A stretch of 64,000 bases of DNA from Octopus sinensis (Eukaryota): positions 47,492,001 to 47,556,000 of the forward strand of contig NC_043007.1 of NCBI RefSeq assembly GCF_006345805.1, in the 5' to 3' direction. A program made the translations under genes and the position numbers. Each line of letters begins with the position of its first letter. The first letter of the stretch is position 1. This document shows positions 53,251-64,000 of this stretch, piece after piece. The notes below the pieces were generated by a model. It was not told where the DNA came from. It was given only the letters and a program-made list of their open reading frames with translations, and did no database searches.

Positions 53251-53253
<3 letters not shown>
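52798..53253 (-). mobile_element. Head-to-tail dimer of a 205 bp PLE-terminal-like repeat, each unit with a hammerhead motif
   Basis: Identical units 52798-53002 and 53049-53253, separated by (TA)n; period 251 bp. Confidence 0.8.
52898..52932 (-). ncRNA. Minimal type-I hammerhead motif (family 3), first copy; second copy at 53149-53183
   Basis: GTTT-CCGACGA-A-GAGC-TCC-GCTC-GAAAC-GTT-AAAC. Stem I GTTT/AAAC, stem II GAGC/GCTC, palindromic AACGTT stem III. The core has a U4C change. Confidence 0.55.
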
Positions 53254-53330
<77 letters not shown>

Positions 53331-54839
53331 TATTTCTTTGCAGTATGTACATACAATATCTATACCTACATTATTTACTTAATCTTTGCTATAAGCTTTT
53401 TAATACTCTTATATATCTAAGTATATATGTATGTATATACTATTAGCCTCATTTACAAATTCTATGATTACAATATTTACATCAACACCATTTCCCTATG
53501 ACGTTATATTAAATCATTAGTGCTTGTATTTACAAATTTACATATACGCTATATCTCGGTACTTCAAATTTATATTTACCTTATACTTTGATACTTGATC
53601 ATTTCTCCTATCTATTTATTGTTTAAACACTTGGATATCTATATCACAAACGTCGTTGCATGTTGTGTAAGGTATAATACAGTTGAATACAGATAAATCA
53701 CTGCAAAAAAAAAAGAGAATTATAAACAAATGTTTCTTTCCTAGGACAGAGTTCCAGACATCGTTTTGATCTCAGCTATAATAAATAAAATCTTTGATGC
53801 CTAGGTTTATTTTTATTTGTTCATTAATAATGAGTCTTTCCTTAACTTCAACAGAGGTTAAATTAGTAAGGACAAATTTAATGCAGAGATTATTTTTCAC
53901 AAAACATCACTAGAAATATTTGCTTTGTGAATTAAATACGACATTAGTCAATGACTAATATTACTTTATGTTTTAAGTATATATGGGTGACAACTCTTGG
54001 TGTGTTTCAATTGTATTTTGAACTCATCAGCAAAGTGTAGGCTTCATTTTTTTCTAAAGAAGTGATTATTCAGTTTATTCCACTAACTAAATGTACAAGA
54101 TTCTATACTGCTTCACTTTGCAAGCTAGAATTGCTTAGAGATCCAATAATTCGGTGATGAATCGATATAAAAAACAAGATAAGTTAGAAATGACATTACA
54201 TGCAAGGCAAGTTGTAAAAGTAACTTGAAATAATTATGAGGTAAAGAAAAAATATTAATCAAATATTTTTGTTTTCTCCGTTAATAATGAAGATATTCTA
54301 AGGTCATCAAGGAAAACACAGAATTGATAATGAGTTATGGTATCTTGAGCTAAGTCCAAATAATGCTGTAGACCAGTTTTGTGATAGAACCGCTTATATG
54401 CAAGCTTTTCATTTTAACCATTTCACTACAGTAAACAGTGGAAATATAGCCTTATTAACGAATGTGTTTTTTTTTTATCTTGAATTATGTTCAATGATTG
54501 TCGTTGTACAACAGACAATATGTCATGTTTCAAAGAATTACTCCACAACCAGGGGTTTGTTTTTGAATACATTGTAAACACACTCTCTTATATCATCGTA
54601 TTTTTTCTGCTGCTATCTGTGGTCTTTGCTCCTAATTTTCTAGTTTATTACAACCAAGCCTCAGTTGTTGTGTTTCTTTTTGTTCTGTTTTAGGTGACGT
54701 TAGTAGATACTTTATTCGATTTTGAGATAATAGTTTAGTGATTAACAAACAAAATATCACACTAGGAAACAGAGGTTTGACCCTGTTGTGTCTCGTCGAC
54801 ACTGTTATGTATGTCCTTCTTTGAACACACTGTATATAC

Positions 54840-56814
54840 CACTTTATAACGTGGACTTATAACAATACAAATATAAATCAGAAACAACACGTAACAAACA
54901 ATATCTCTTCTCATCGACTGTCTTCACAAAGCGCCTGCACACGCCACAGTGTAATTCTTCATTTGGCACCGAGGCCATAACACAGAGGGGACACCACAGT
55001 GAGGACAAAAACATAAAACGAATGAAAAATGAAAGATGTATAAAGATAATAAAATTAATGATAATGAAATGGTTGCATTGATCCCCCCCCCTCAAGAAGT
55101 ACCATTTAACAGTTAAATTATACAAATTAACGAATTTTTCTTACACTCTCTTTTCCCCTTTTAGCATCGCTTTTTCTATATTCTGAAAGTCTATTTTTTT
55201 CTCATTGTTTTAAAGTTTTTTTACTTACTTTACTCTTCATTAAGGGTTTCAAATCTTCATACTCCACGACCGATGGTAATTCGTCGAATCCAATTTCGAC
55301 CCCTAAAGTATCTATACTACTTCCGAATAGTTCTTTCAGTCTCTCGTGTCTTTCTTTGTCAATAATTATAACCTTGGTGTGCTCTGTATATTTCTCCGGT
55401 GGCAACCTTACTCTTATGATCGATTTCAACTTCGTGGTCTTCCGCTCGATTGCGGTACTTTTGGCGTATGTAACCATATGCCACTTGTTTTTTTTCTCTT
55501 TTTAACATCCGTTTGCTTCAGTGACGGACCTGAGCTGTTCTAGTGAGTCCTTCCACTTGGTTCCTCTCTTGGTGCACTAAAATAATGTTTATGCCTTCCA
55601 CATCGTGTTGCAATGATGTTTCTGCCCCCACTCTACCTTCCATTATTGGTATTGCTGGCGTCTCGAGTCCGTTCCCTTTCTCTTCCATCTCATTCTCCTC
55701 TATTCTTTTCTGGATCTCTGGTGGAGAGCTCACCCGCTCTTTCCTTTTCCTCCTATTCACAACAGTGAATGATTCCTCCACTCTATCTTTCTCTCCTTCC
55801 GTCACAACCACCTCGGTACTCTGTTCTTCACTCTATTGTTTCTGCTCTTCCTCTTTGTCTTCTTTCTGGGGGCACCTTGCTTTCAAGTGCCCCTTTTAAC
55901 CACATAAGAAACATGTTGGTGGTCTTTCTTCCACCACTACTCATAGTCTGACGTCTTCTGGGAGAATGATCTCTGTGATCTCGTACAAGTCTTTTAGGCT
56001 CACTTGTATGGCCATCTCGAGGCCATCCCCCATCAGTTAACCTTTTGATTCACGTAATCTTCAGGATTTTCACTTCATCCTCCATTCTGTGCATGACTGC
56101 TGCCACCAGCCATGCTTCCTTAATCTCCGGGGGTACTCTGCCAATTCTAACTCTGGTGACGCGTTTGCCACAGTAAGTCGGCAGAAGTACTCATTCCTAT
56201 GTCTTTATCGGCACAGTGGAGTGGTTTATCACGTCTTCTTCGTTGCCAAACCTTACTTCCACTGTACCGTACTTCCTTCCACGCGTATAAAATGTGGTAA
56301 GCCTCTTTACGTTCTCGAGGCACTCCTCTATTGCTTCTGTTGAGGCAACCTCTATCTTTTTAGAGGACGTGGATAATGTTCTGCACACCACTGTCCTCTT
56401 GGCCACATTGTTAGTCAATTTTTCCAATGGAGTCAGCCTCAAACTGACTCCTTCCTTTCTATTAATTTACTGCCCTCCTTCCACTTTCTGAACTTTATCT
56501 TAATTTTTCGTAATTCCAGGACGTTGGTAGATACTCCTTTAATCGTGGCTGATGCGTAACTTCCAGTTGGTTCATTTTCCATTTCTCCTCTCTTCTCTAC
56601 TTTACCCATAATTGGGGAAGAAAACAAATATGAAAACAGGTAAAAACAGCAACAATAGTTCAAAATTCAGCAAATTTAACAGAGCTTAGGTTCACCCACA
56701 CGGAGAGACCTTCAATAAGTATAACAAATAAACAGCTTACTCCAGAATCACAAGTGATTTAACCAGAAATTACTACCAACGCGAAAAATACACGGCACAC
56801 TGCCCTTCACTGAC
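54840..56814 (-). mobile_element. L1/Tx1-like non-LTR element encoding only ORF1 (degenerate; ORF1 about 56609 to 55202)
   Basis: MGKVEK..SYASAT, RGRKYGTVEVRF, and a CX2CX4HX4C knuckle PTCFLCG*KGHLKARCP (55872-55913). A G-tract 3' UTR follows directly with no APE or RT. The 3' boundary is approximate. Confidence 0.65.
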
Positions 56815-57356
56815 AGTGCGTATGCGCCTTTATGCGGTTTAGGGCAGTTGACTTGCTATCCAACAGGGGTGTCAGGATTTCACTACAATAGATCCCATCG
56901 GTTATTCATATTTTATTCTTTTTGTTTTATTTACGGTTTAATCTTGAGGCAAAAAATGTGCCCATGATAAACGGAAGGAAACCGTAGGAGACTAATGCAA
57001 TTGATGTGGTTTATTTTCAAGTTCAACATCTATAAGACAAAGTCTGAAGAAAATGCGCTTGTATTCCAGGGGATATCAATCCTTGGAGGAAAAATAGGGG
57101 GAAATGGTTAATGCAGGGCCTCGATATCAAATGATAGTAAATGTAATAATTGTAAGATGTCTCTCCTTATATTGCCACATTTACTGTCAGGTAGGCCCGG
57201 AGTTAAAGTTATATACAAATTTTTAGTCAGAGGAGCAGAAGCTGTTGTAATGGCAACACAATAATTAACATAATGAGACTCAGCATGTCTGTTGACAGAG
57301 ATTGTAATGAATTGATGATTGAGTTTACCAGTCAGCTGGATGGTCTTTTTGGCATA

Positions 57357-57419
<63 letters not shown>

Positions 57420-58381
57420 CACACACACACACAACATCAACAGTACCATCACCGATCTAAGAATGTACTGTATTGTGAGTTTTTATTAAACAACGTTGCC
57501 ATCTGCAGCTGATAAATTGTTAATTATTCATTGGCACTAAGAAAGATGACTAATTCATATATCTCCATCTATTTTGAATTTAGATGAATGAAATATATTC
57601 TATGTTCAAACCGAGACGAAACAAATATCTAAAGGCAAAATACAAAATATAATTTTATCGTTCTATCTAAACCCTTCTTCGATTACCAATACCAATTTTA
57701 CAGCCTTTGGGGTTATTTTGTTCTAGATCAGTTCCGATTGAACATACATGTGATCTCGGAAGTTCTAGTCAAGGCCAAGCCAATTTAATGCATATTAATG
57801 TATATTGTATAGTGTACTACATTACTTAATATATCTTTTTCTAAATTAGTAGGAACATTTAGTTGCTATCTATAACACTTCATCTACTCTTTCAACTACT
57901 GCAATCAGGTGTCTCTCGTAGCATGGAAAATTGTAGGAACAAAATCTGTAAATTTGTTTCTGTTGGCACACAGCATCTCTACCCTCCAATACTCATGCAG
58001 TGCTTCATCGTAGCCACTTCAACAAACTGCAACTACTATATGATGTTGGTTTCTCACGGCGCTAAACCTTGTTACCATCGTCACACTCAATTCAACATCA
58101 GTACATCTTCAACAGTTGAGGTGCAGTTACTTTAATTCTACAACTTACGGAGCTATTTTGTTTTAACAGAACCTTTAATCTGATATACCATTCAGACTTA
58201 GCCAGTTGTCATTCGAAACATTTCAGACTTGTCTATTGTTTCATATTTTTTACGATTATTTCAAGCAGCTTCATACACATTAGCTTCTGTGTGAGAGGGG
58301 AATATATGTGAGTTTGTGTGTGTCCATGTGTGCATGTGTAAGTGTATGTGTGTACATGTGCTTTTATATATATATATATAT

Positions 58382-58800
58382 AAAAGGAAATGAAGAAAAT
58401 GCTGACAAAATAATTTAAGTAATTTAAGTAATTTAATTAGGTGAAAGTTCTTTTTACCGGTTGCGCATTTGTTATGCTTATCAAAAGATGTTTTTTTAAG
58501 AGAGATAGAGTTCCTTTCTGATAGATTTTTCCTCTTATCAAATAATGCATCTTAATGTATATTGTATAGTGTACTACATTACTTAATATATCTTTTTTTA
58601 AATTAGTAGGAACATTTAGTTGCTCTCTATAACACAGATAAGAGGAAAAAATCTATCAGAAAGGAACTCTATCTCTCTTAAAAAAACATCTTTTGATAAG
58701 CATAACAAATGCGCAACCGGTAAAAAGAACTTTCACCTAATTAAATTACTTAAATTACTTAAATTATTTTGTCAGGATTTTCTTCATTTCCTTTTTTATA
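58382..58800. repeat. ~160 bp inverted repeat whose spacer is a copy of 57786-57878
   Basis: 58382-58539 vs 58637-58800 are near-identical reverse complements. Spacer 58543-58635 matches 57786-57878 with about 3 differences. Confidence 0.9.
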
Positions 58801-58831
58801 TATCACAACTCGTGTTCCACATCTCCTTTTT

Positions 58832-58907
<76 letters not shown>

Positions 58908-59101
58908 CTATACATATTTATATGTGCATATATATATGCATATATATGCGCGTTTATATGTATGTATATATATATCGACTTTTGTATATGTGCGCGTGTG
59001 TGTAAATTTATGTGTGTACGAGTGTATGTGTGTGCGTGTGTGCGTGTGCGTGTGTGTATGTGTGTGTGTGCATGTGTGTGTGTGTGCGTTTGTGCGTGAG
59101 T

Positions 59102-59430
59102 AGGCGCACTAGTAGCTGTGTGGTAAGAAGCTTGCTTCCCAGCCACATGGTTCCAGGCAAGTGTCTTCTACTATAGCCTAAAGCCAACCAAACCCTTGTG
59201 AGAGGATTTGATAGACGGAAACAGAAAGAAGTTCGTCATATGTGTATATATATATCTATGTGTGTGTGTCTGTATCTGTCCCTTGACAATATGTGTTGGT
59301 GTGATTACGTTCCTGTAATGTAGCGGTTCGGCAAAAGAGACGGATAAAATAATTACCAGTCTTAAAAAATGAATCCTGGGTACGATGCATTTGACTAAAA
59401 ATGCAAGGTGGTGTTCCAGCATGGCCGCAT
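59102..59430 (+). mobile_element. SINE family A
   Basis: AGGCGCACTAGTAGCTGTGTGGTAAG head through CAGCATGGCCGCA. Confidence 0.85.
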
Positions 59431-59501
59431 GGAACAAGTAATATGAATACGTGTGTGTGAGTGTGTGTATGTGTGAGTGTGTGCATGTGTGTGTGTGTGT
59501 A

Positions 59502-60775
59502 TCAGGTCATCCCATAAGTTCTGTCCGATTTTACCTTTTTAAAAAAATTGAAGGAAATATAATAGTATTTTAGAATGTCTAATGGAATTAAAAATTATTT
59601 TTATGCATTTGTACTCATTTAAACTAATTAAATATTATTTTACAGAATAATAGAATTAAAATTTCTTTAATTAAAACCCTTTCTAACATGGAAGTATCCA
59701 AAGAGCATTTAAGGCACATAATGTTTAATGAGTACAAAAAAGGAAATTCTGCAGCCTAAGTAACTCGAAAAATGCACTCAGTTTATGGGAAAGAATGCTT
59801 GAATGAAAGAACTTGCAGAAGGTGTTTTGCAAAATTCAGAAGTAGAGATTTCAGCCTTGAAGATGAAGATCGAACAGGACATCCAGTTGAGTTTGATAAG
59901 CTCCTTGAGGCATTACTTCAAGAAAATCCTGCATTATCTGTTGTAGAATTGGCAATAAAGCTTAATCCAAACGATACAGCTGTTCATCTTCAACAATTTG
60001 GAAAGCTTCATAAACTTGGAAAATGGGTGCCTCATGAATTGTCCGAAAGCAACCGCAAATCCCGGGCTGAAATCTGCTCATCTCTCCATTCTAGCGAACT
60101 TATTTCACCCTTTTTGGATAGACTTGTGACTGGTGACGAAAAATGAATCTTCTATCGAAATGTTAAATGTCGTAAACAGTAGTTTGGTAAAAGGGAAAAG
60201 TTCAGCCACAACCGAGAAGGGAACTTCATGGAAAAAGGTTCTTCTCTCTATCTGGTGGAATTGCAAAGGAGTAATTCATTTTGAATTGTTACCACCTAAT
60301 GCAACAATCAATCTTTAAGTCTACGATCAGCAATTAGAGCGTTTGAACCAAGCTTTGATGAAAAAAAGACCCGTTTTAGTGAATCGAAAAGAAGTGATGT
60401 TTCATCAGGACAATGCGCAATCCCACACTACAAAGATCACATCAAAGATCGACGAGCTTGGTTGAGAAAAAATTCCTCATCCACCTTATTCTCCCGACCT
60501 GCTCCTTCAGACTATCATTTGTTTCATAGTTTATAGAATCATTTGGGGGAGATAACTGTTGAAAGCCAGGAGAAGATCAAAACTGACATTTCAGAGTTCT
60601 TCGTTTTGAAACCAAAGGAATTTTACATTGATGGGATTAAAAAGCTTGTAAATAGATGGAAGGAAGTCATAGATAATCAGGGAAAGCACATTGATTATTA
60701 AATTTCAATTAAATGTAACATTTGATCTCGTTTTTCTTTATTCAAAATTCGGACCGAACTTATGGGATGGCCTGA
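59502..60775 (+). mobile_element. Full-length mariner element with a disabled transposase (59688-60701)
   Basis: TIRs TCAGGTCATCCCATAAGTTCTGTCCG / CGGACCGAACTTATGGGATGGCCTGA with TA flanks. MEVSKEHLRH, WVPHELSE, LVTGDEK, FHQDNA, HPPYSPD and SDYHLF motifs; several in-frame stops and frameshifts. Confidence 0.95.
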
Positions 60776-61162
60776 TATATACGCCACAAATAGAAAACAA
60801 CATTCTAATATATTTGTATCATTAGCTTTTGCCGATAGAAAACGGAGAGTATGACAGTACAGGCATATCTACGCACACAAATGTACGAAAATATGCGTGT
60901 GTATGCGCGTGCACATATGTGGGAGGAACTGAAACACGGAATTAGTTTTTGATGAAGATGTTTAAAAATAAACGAAAGGGAAAACTATAAGACATTAGTT
61001 ATGTTTTAAATGTTTTAGCATTGCCTAGTAGCTATGTCTGCGGTGAGACATCAAACCACATTTAGATTTACAAACTAAATGACACTTCTCAGAAAGCCCA
61101 TATCCCTACTCTCACACACACACACACACATACGCACATACATGCACACACACATACTCACA

Positions 61163-61208
<46 letters not shown>

Positions 61209-61439
61209 TTCACACATACATACATACACATACACACACGCACACACTAGAAAAATTGTTTAGTATTAAGCCATAAACGTTTTAGTCAACTCTGTGCTAT
61301 CGAAAAGCCTTGGCAAGTCTAAATAAATATCTATGCTTTCTCTTCTCAGTTGTGAGTACTATTAAAAGTCGTCTCCTTTTCCACTCCGACTTTTGCGTTA
61401 GACTATTATAACTCAAAAACACCCGACAAATCAGTCTAA

Positions 61440-61810
61440 TAATCTTTGTAACTAACACAATTCTGATACATAGTCGGTGGACTTACGATGCCTAAGTATA
61501 TTATTTACCAATATACAATGTTCACAAACGTCTCGAAAACTTAAATCGAAACTTAGATACCATTTACATACTCTTAATTTCAGAAACGGAAGCAAATTTA
61601 ACCATACCTCACTCGCTACGCATATTTGGGAACCGAAAAATATGTACCCTTCCATCTGAATTGGAAAAACAAAATTGTTCTTGGATATGAAACTACGTAA
61701 TCTCTGTGCCACAGAAAGTCTAGAAATTCTAACCAAACACTCTGAATCCCTTTGTGCTATCTATACCCGGAATTTTTAGGACCCACAAGTACTTCAAACG
61801 CATTGACTTT
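61440..61810 (+). pseudogene. Penelope-like GIY-YIG C-terminal fragment
   Basis: LRYHLHTLNF..HTSLATHIWEPKNMYPSI..KLRNLCATESLEI resembles the PLE TSLS.HIW.LK...CNLC..EK..I motif. Confidence 0.65.
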
Positions 61811-62141
61811 TCTGACCAGTTACTATCTTTAGTCAATCACTTTAACCAACTATATTTTATCATTCTTAAATCCTATCTCCTCTGCTTATGTTCACTTACT
61901 ATCCAAAGTTTGCAAATATTTTTGTTTCTTTCTATACTAACTTTCAACATTCTTATAGACCTTAATTTTCTCCGTAGTTATATATATTTCCCTAAAAATT
62001 AACGGTTATTTAAATTAATCCTTACTTTTACACCATCATGTAATGATGACTCATTACCATAGACTTCGCTTTCCTTATATTGCGTCATTTCCCTATCATC
62101 TTTTGGAAAGTGTTCGCATTTTCTTATACTGCTCAATACCA

Positions 62142-62189
<48 letters not shown>

Positions 62190-62190
<1 letters not shown>

Positions 62191-62544
62191 GAGTGAGAGA
62201 GCAGTGCATGCCATCAAAGTGACATTGGGATAAAATATATGAAGCCCAGTATACACATCATGACTACCCGTCTGATAAGGGTACACCAGGCATATGCATC
62301 ACAACCATACGTGCGCGACATGGTGATCTCATATCAAGATAAACAGCACATGACCTTGCAGGTGGGACCCAGTTAGAATTTTCTTCTGGTCGAGTAACCA
62401 ATCCCGCTCAGAAGGTCCCTGAATAAGGATTGTTTAAGGATGTTGAACGAACCACCCATGTTTCCAAAGTTGAATTATCCAAAACCTTCACGAATTCCTT
62501 TCAACACACGGCTATGATGCTCCCCCACTACTTCTGCTCGTGAT
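62190..62544 (-). repeat. Element X, copy 3 (5'-truncated)
   Basis: Follows (ATT)n and aligns to 27163 onward. Confidence 0.75.
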
Positions 62545-62810
62545 ATCGCCTCAGCTGATTATCATTTATTCCGCAGTCTTCAAAATCGTTTGGAAGGAAA
62601 AAATATGAATTTTGTAGACGAGGTCAAAACAGTAGTGGAGGAGTAGTTTACGCCACAGACAAGATGGTTTTGGAAGAGGGCCTTGCTATTCTACCAGATA
62701 GATGAAAGAGCATTGTAGAAAATGAAGGAGAGTATATCTTAGATGAAAAAATCTTTATTTTGAAAAATACAGGAAGTATTATTAAAATGGCATTATTTAT
62801 GGGATGACCC
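62545..62810 (+). mobile_element. mariner 3' fragment
   Basis: DIASADYHLFRSLQNRLEGK..IVENEGEYI; TIR TTATGGGATGACCC|TA. Confidence 0.8.
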
Positions 62811-63068
62811 TACATACATGCATTTTTAAGTGTCGTTATATGAGGAAAAATTTCTATTAGTCAAATACATATGTATGTACATTCATACATACAACCATGT
62901 ACGCAACCATGATGCAAGAAACACTAACATATTTGGATACCTGGTATCGATGTTTTGTTTTCTTTCTTCTGTTTTGTTTTCTTTCGTCTTTTTAATTAAT
63001 CTAATTTAAAATAATGAAATAAATACAAGAACAACAATAGATGAATAAATAAATAAATAAATAAATAA

Positions 63069-63460
63069 AGGAGTGTGGTAAGTATCTTGCTTTCCAGCCA
63101 CATGGTTTCGGGTTCAGTCCCACTGCGTGGCACCTTGGATAAGTGTCTTCTAGTATAGCCTAGAGCCGACCAAAGCCTTGTAGGTGGATTTGGTAGGCGG
63201 AAACTGAAAGAAGCCCATCGTATATACACTTATGTGTGTGTGTGTGTGTTTGTGTGTCTATATTTGTCCCCCCAACATCTCTTATCAACCGATGGTTGTG
63301 TGTTTACGTCCCCGTAACTTAGCGGTTCGGCAAAAAGAACGATAGAATGAGTACTAGGCTTACAAAAATTAAGTCCTCGGGTCGATTTGCTTGAATAAAT
63401 GCGGTGCTCCAGCATGGCCGCAGTCAAAATACTGAAGCAAATAAAAGAATAAAAGAAAGA
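63069..63460 (+). mobile_element. SINE family A, full length
   Basis: Complete head, centre, (TG)n and tail. Confidence 0.9.
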
Positions 63461-63620
63461 ACGGTGTAGGTGAAAAACGTGAAGCAATAATAACCACAAT
63501 AACAACCGCAATTACGACCATAATGCCACCAACACAAAGAACCTCTAACAGAAATTATGGAGTGTCTCATATCTAAGGCAGTATCCTGAATATATTGTGG
63601 ATTTCCCAACGACTTTGTAC

Positions 63621-63727
63621 CAGGTTCAGTTCCACTGCGTGGCACCTTGGGCAAGTGTCATCAACTATAGCCTCAGCCCACAGCCTTCTGAGTGGATTTG
63701 GTAGACAGCAACTGAAAAAGCCTATCA

Positions 63728-63765
<38 letters not shown>

Positions 63766-63966
63766 TGTGTGTATGAGTGTGTGTGTGTGTATGTGTACAT
63801 GTGTTTGTATTTGTGGACACCCCCCACCGGCGCTTGACAATCGGTGTTGTGTTTACGTCCCTTTAACTTCGCTGTTCGGCAAAAGCGACCGATAACATTT
63901 AAACAAAAAATTCTGAGGTCGATTCACTTGACTAAAAAATCTTCAGGGCGGTCCCTTAGCATGGGC
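63621..63966 (+). mobile_element. SINE family A, 5'-truncated
   Basis: GGTTCAGTTCCACTGCGTGGCACCTTGGGCAAGTG through CGCTTGACAA..CAGGGCGGT. Confidence 0.85.
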
Positions 63967-64000
63967 GTAGACGACATTAGAAACTACAGCTCATAGCAAT

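Overview
AT-rich, microsatellite-dense animal DNA with no confidently identifiable host protein-coding exon. The SINE families and repeat mix look like an octopus (coleoid cephalopod) genome; this is recognition from memory, not a database result. Most of the window is transposon debris: tandem Helitrons, mariner, maT(DD37D), hAT and Chapaev-like DNA transposons, RTE and R4/Dong-like LINE fragments piled into (TAA)n arrays, several Penelope-like element (PLE) fragments, an ORF1-only L1/Tx1-like element, and many copies of two tRNA-derived SINE families. Nearly all listed ORFs are microsatellite read-through or TE fragments. The most notable signal is a set of minimal type-I hammerhead ribozyme motifs in at least three unrelated repeat families. 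One of these families couples a tRNA-like Pol III head to the hammerhead (a SINE/retrozyme-like element, two copies); another occurs as a head-to-tail dimer, as expected for dimer-dependent hammerheads. Several local fold-back or templated duplications and a near-identical 1.3 kb tandem duplication are present; some may be assembly artefacts.
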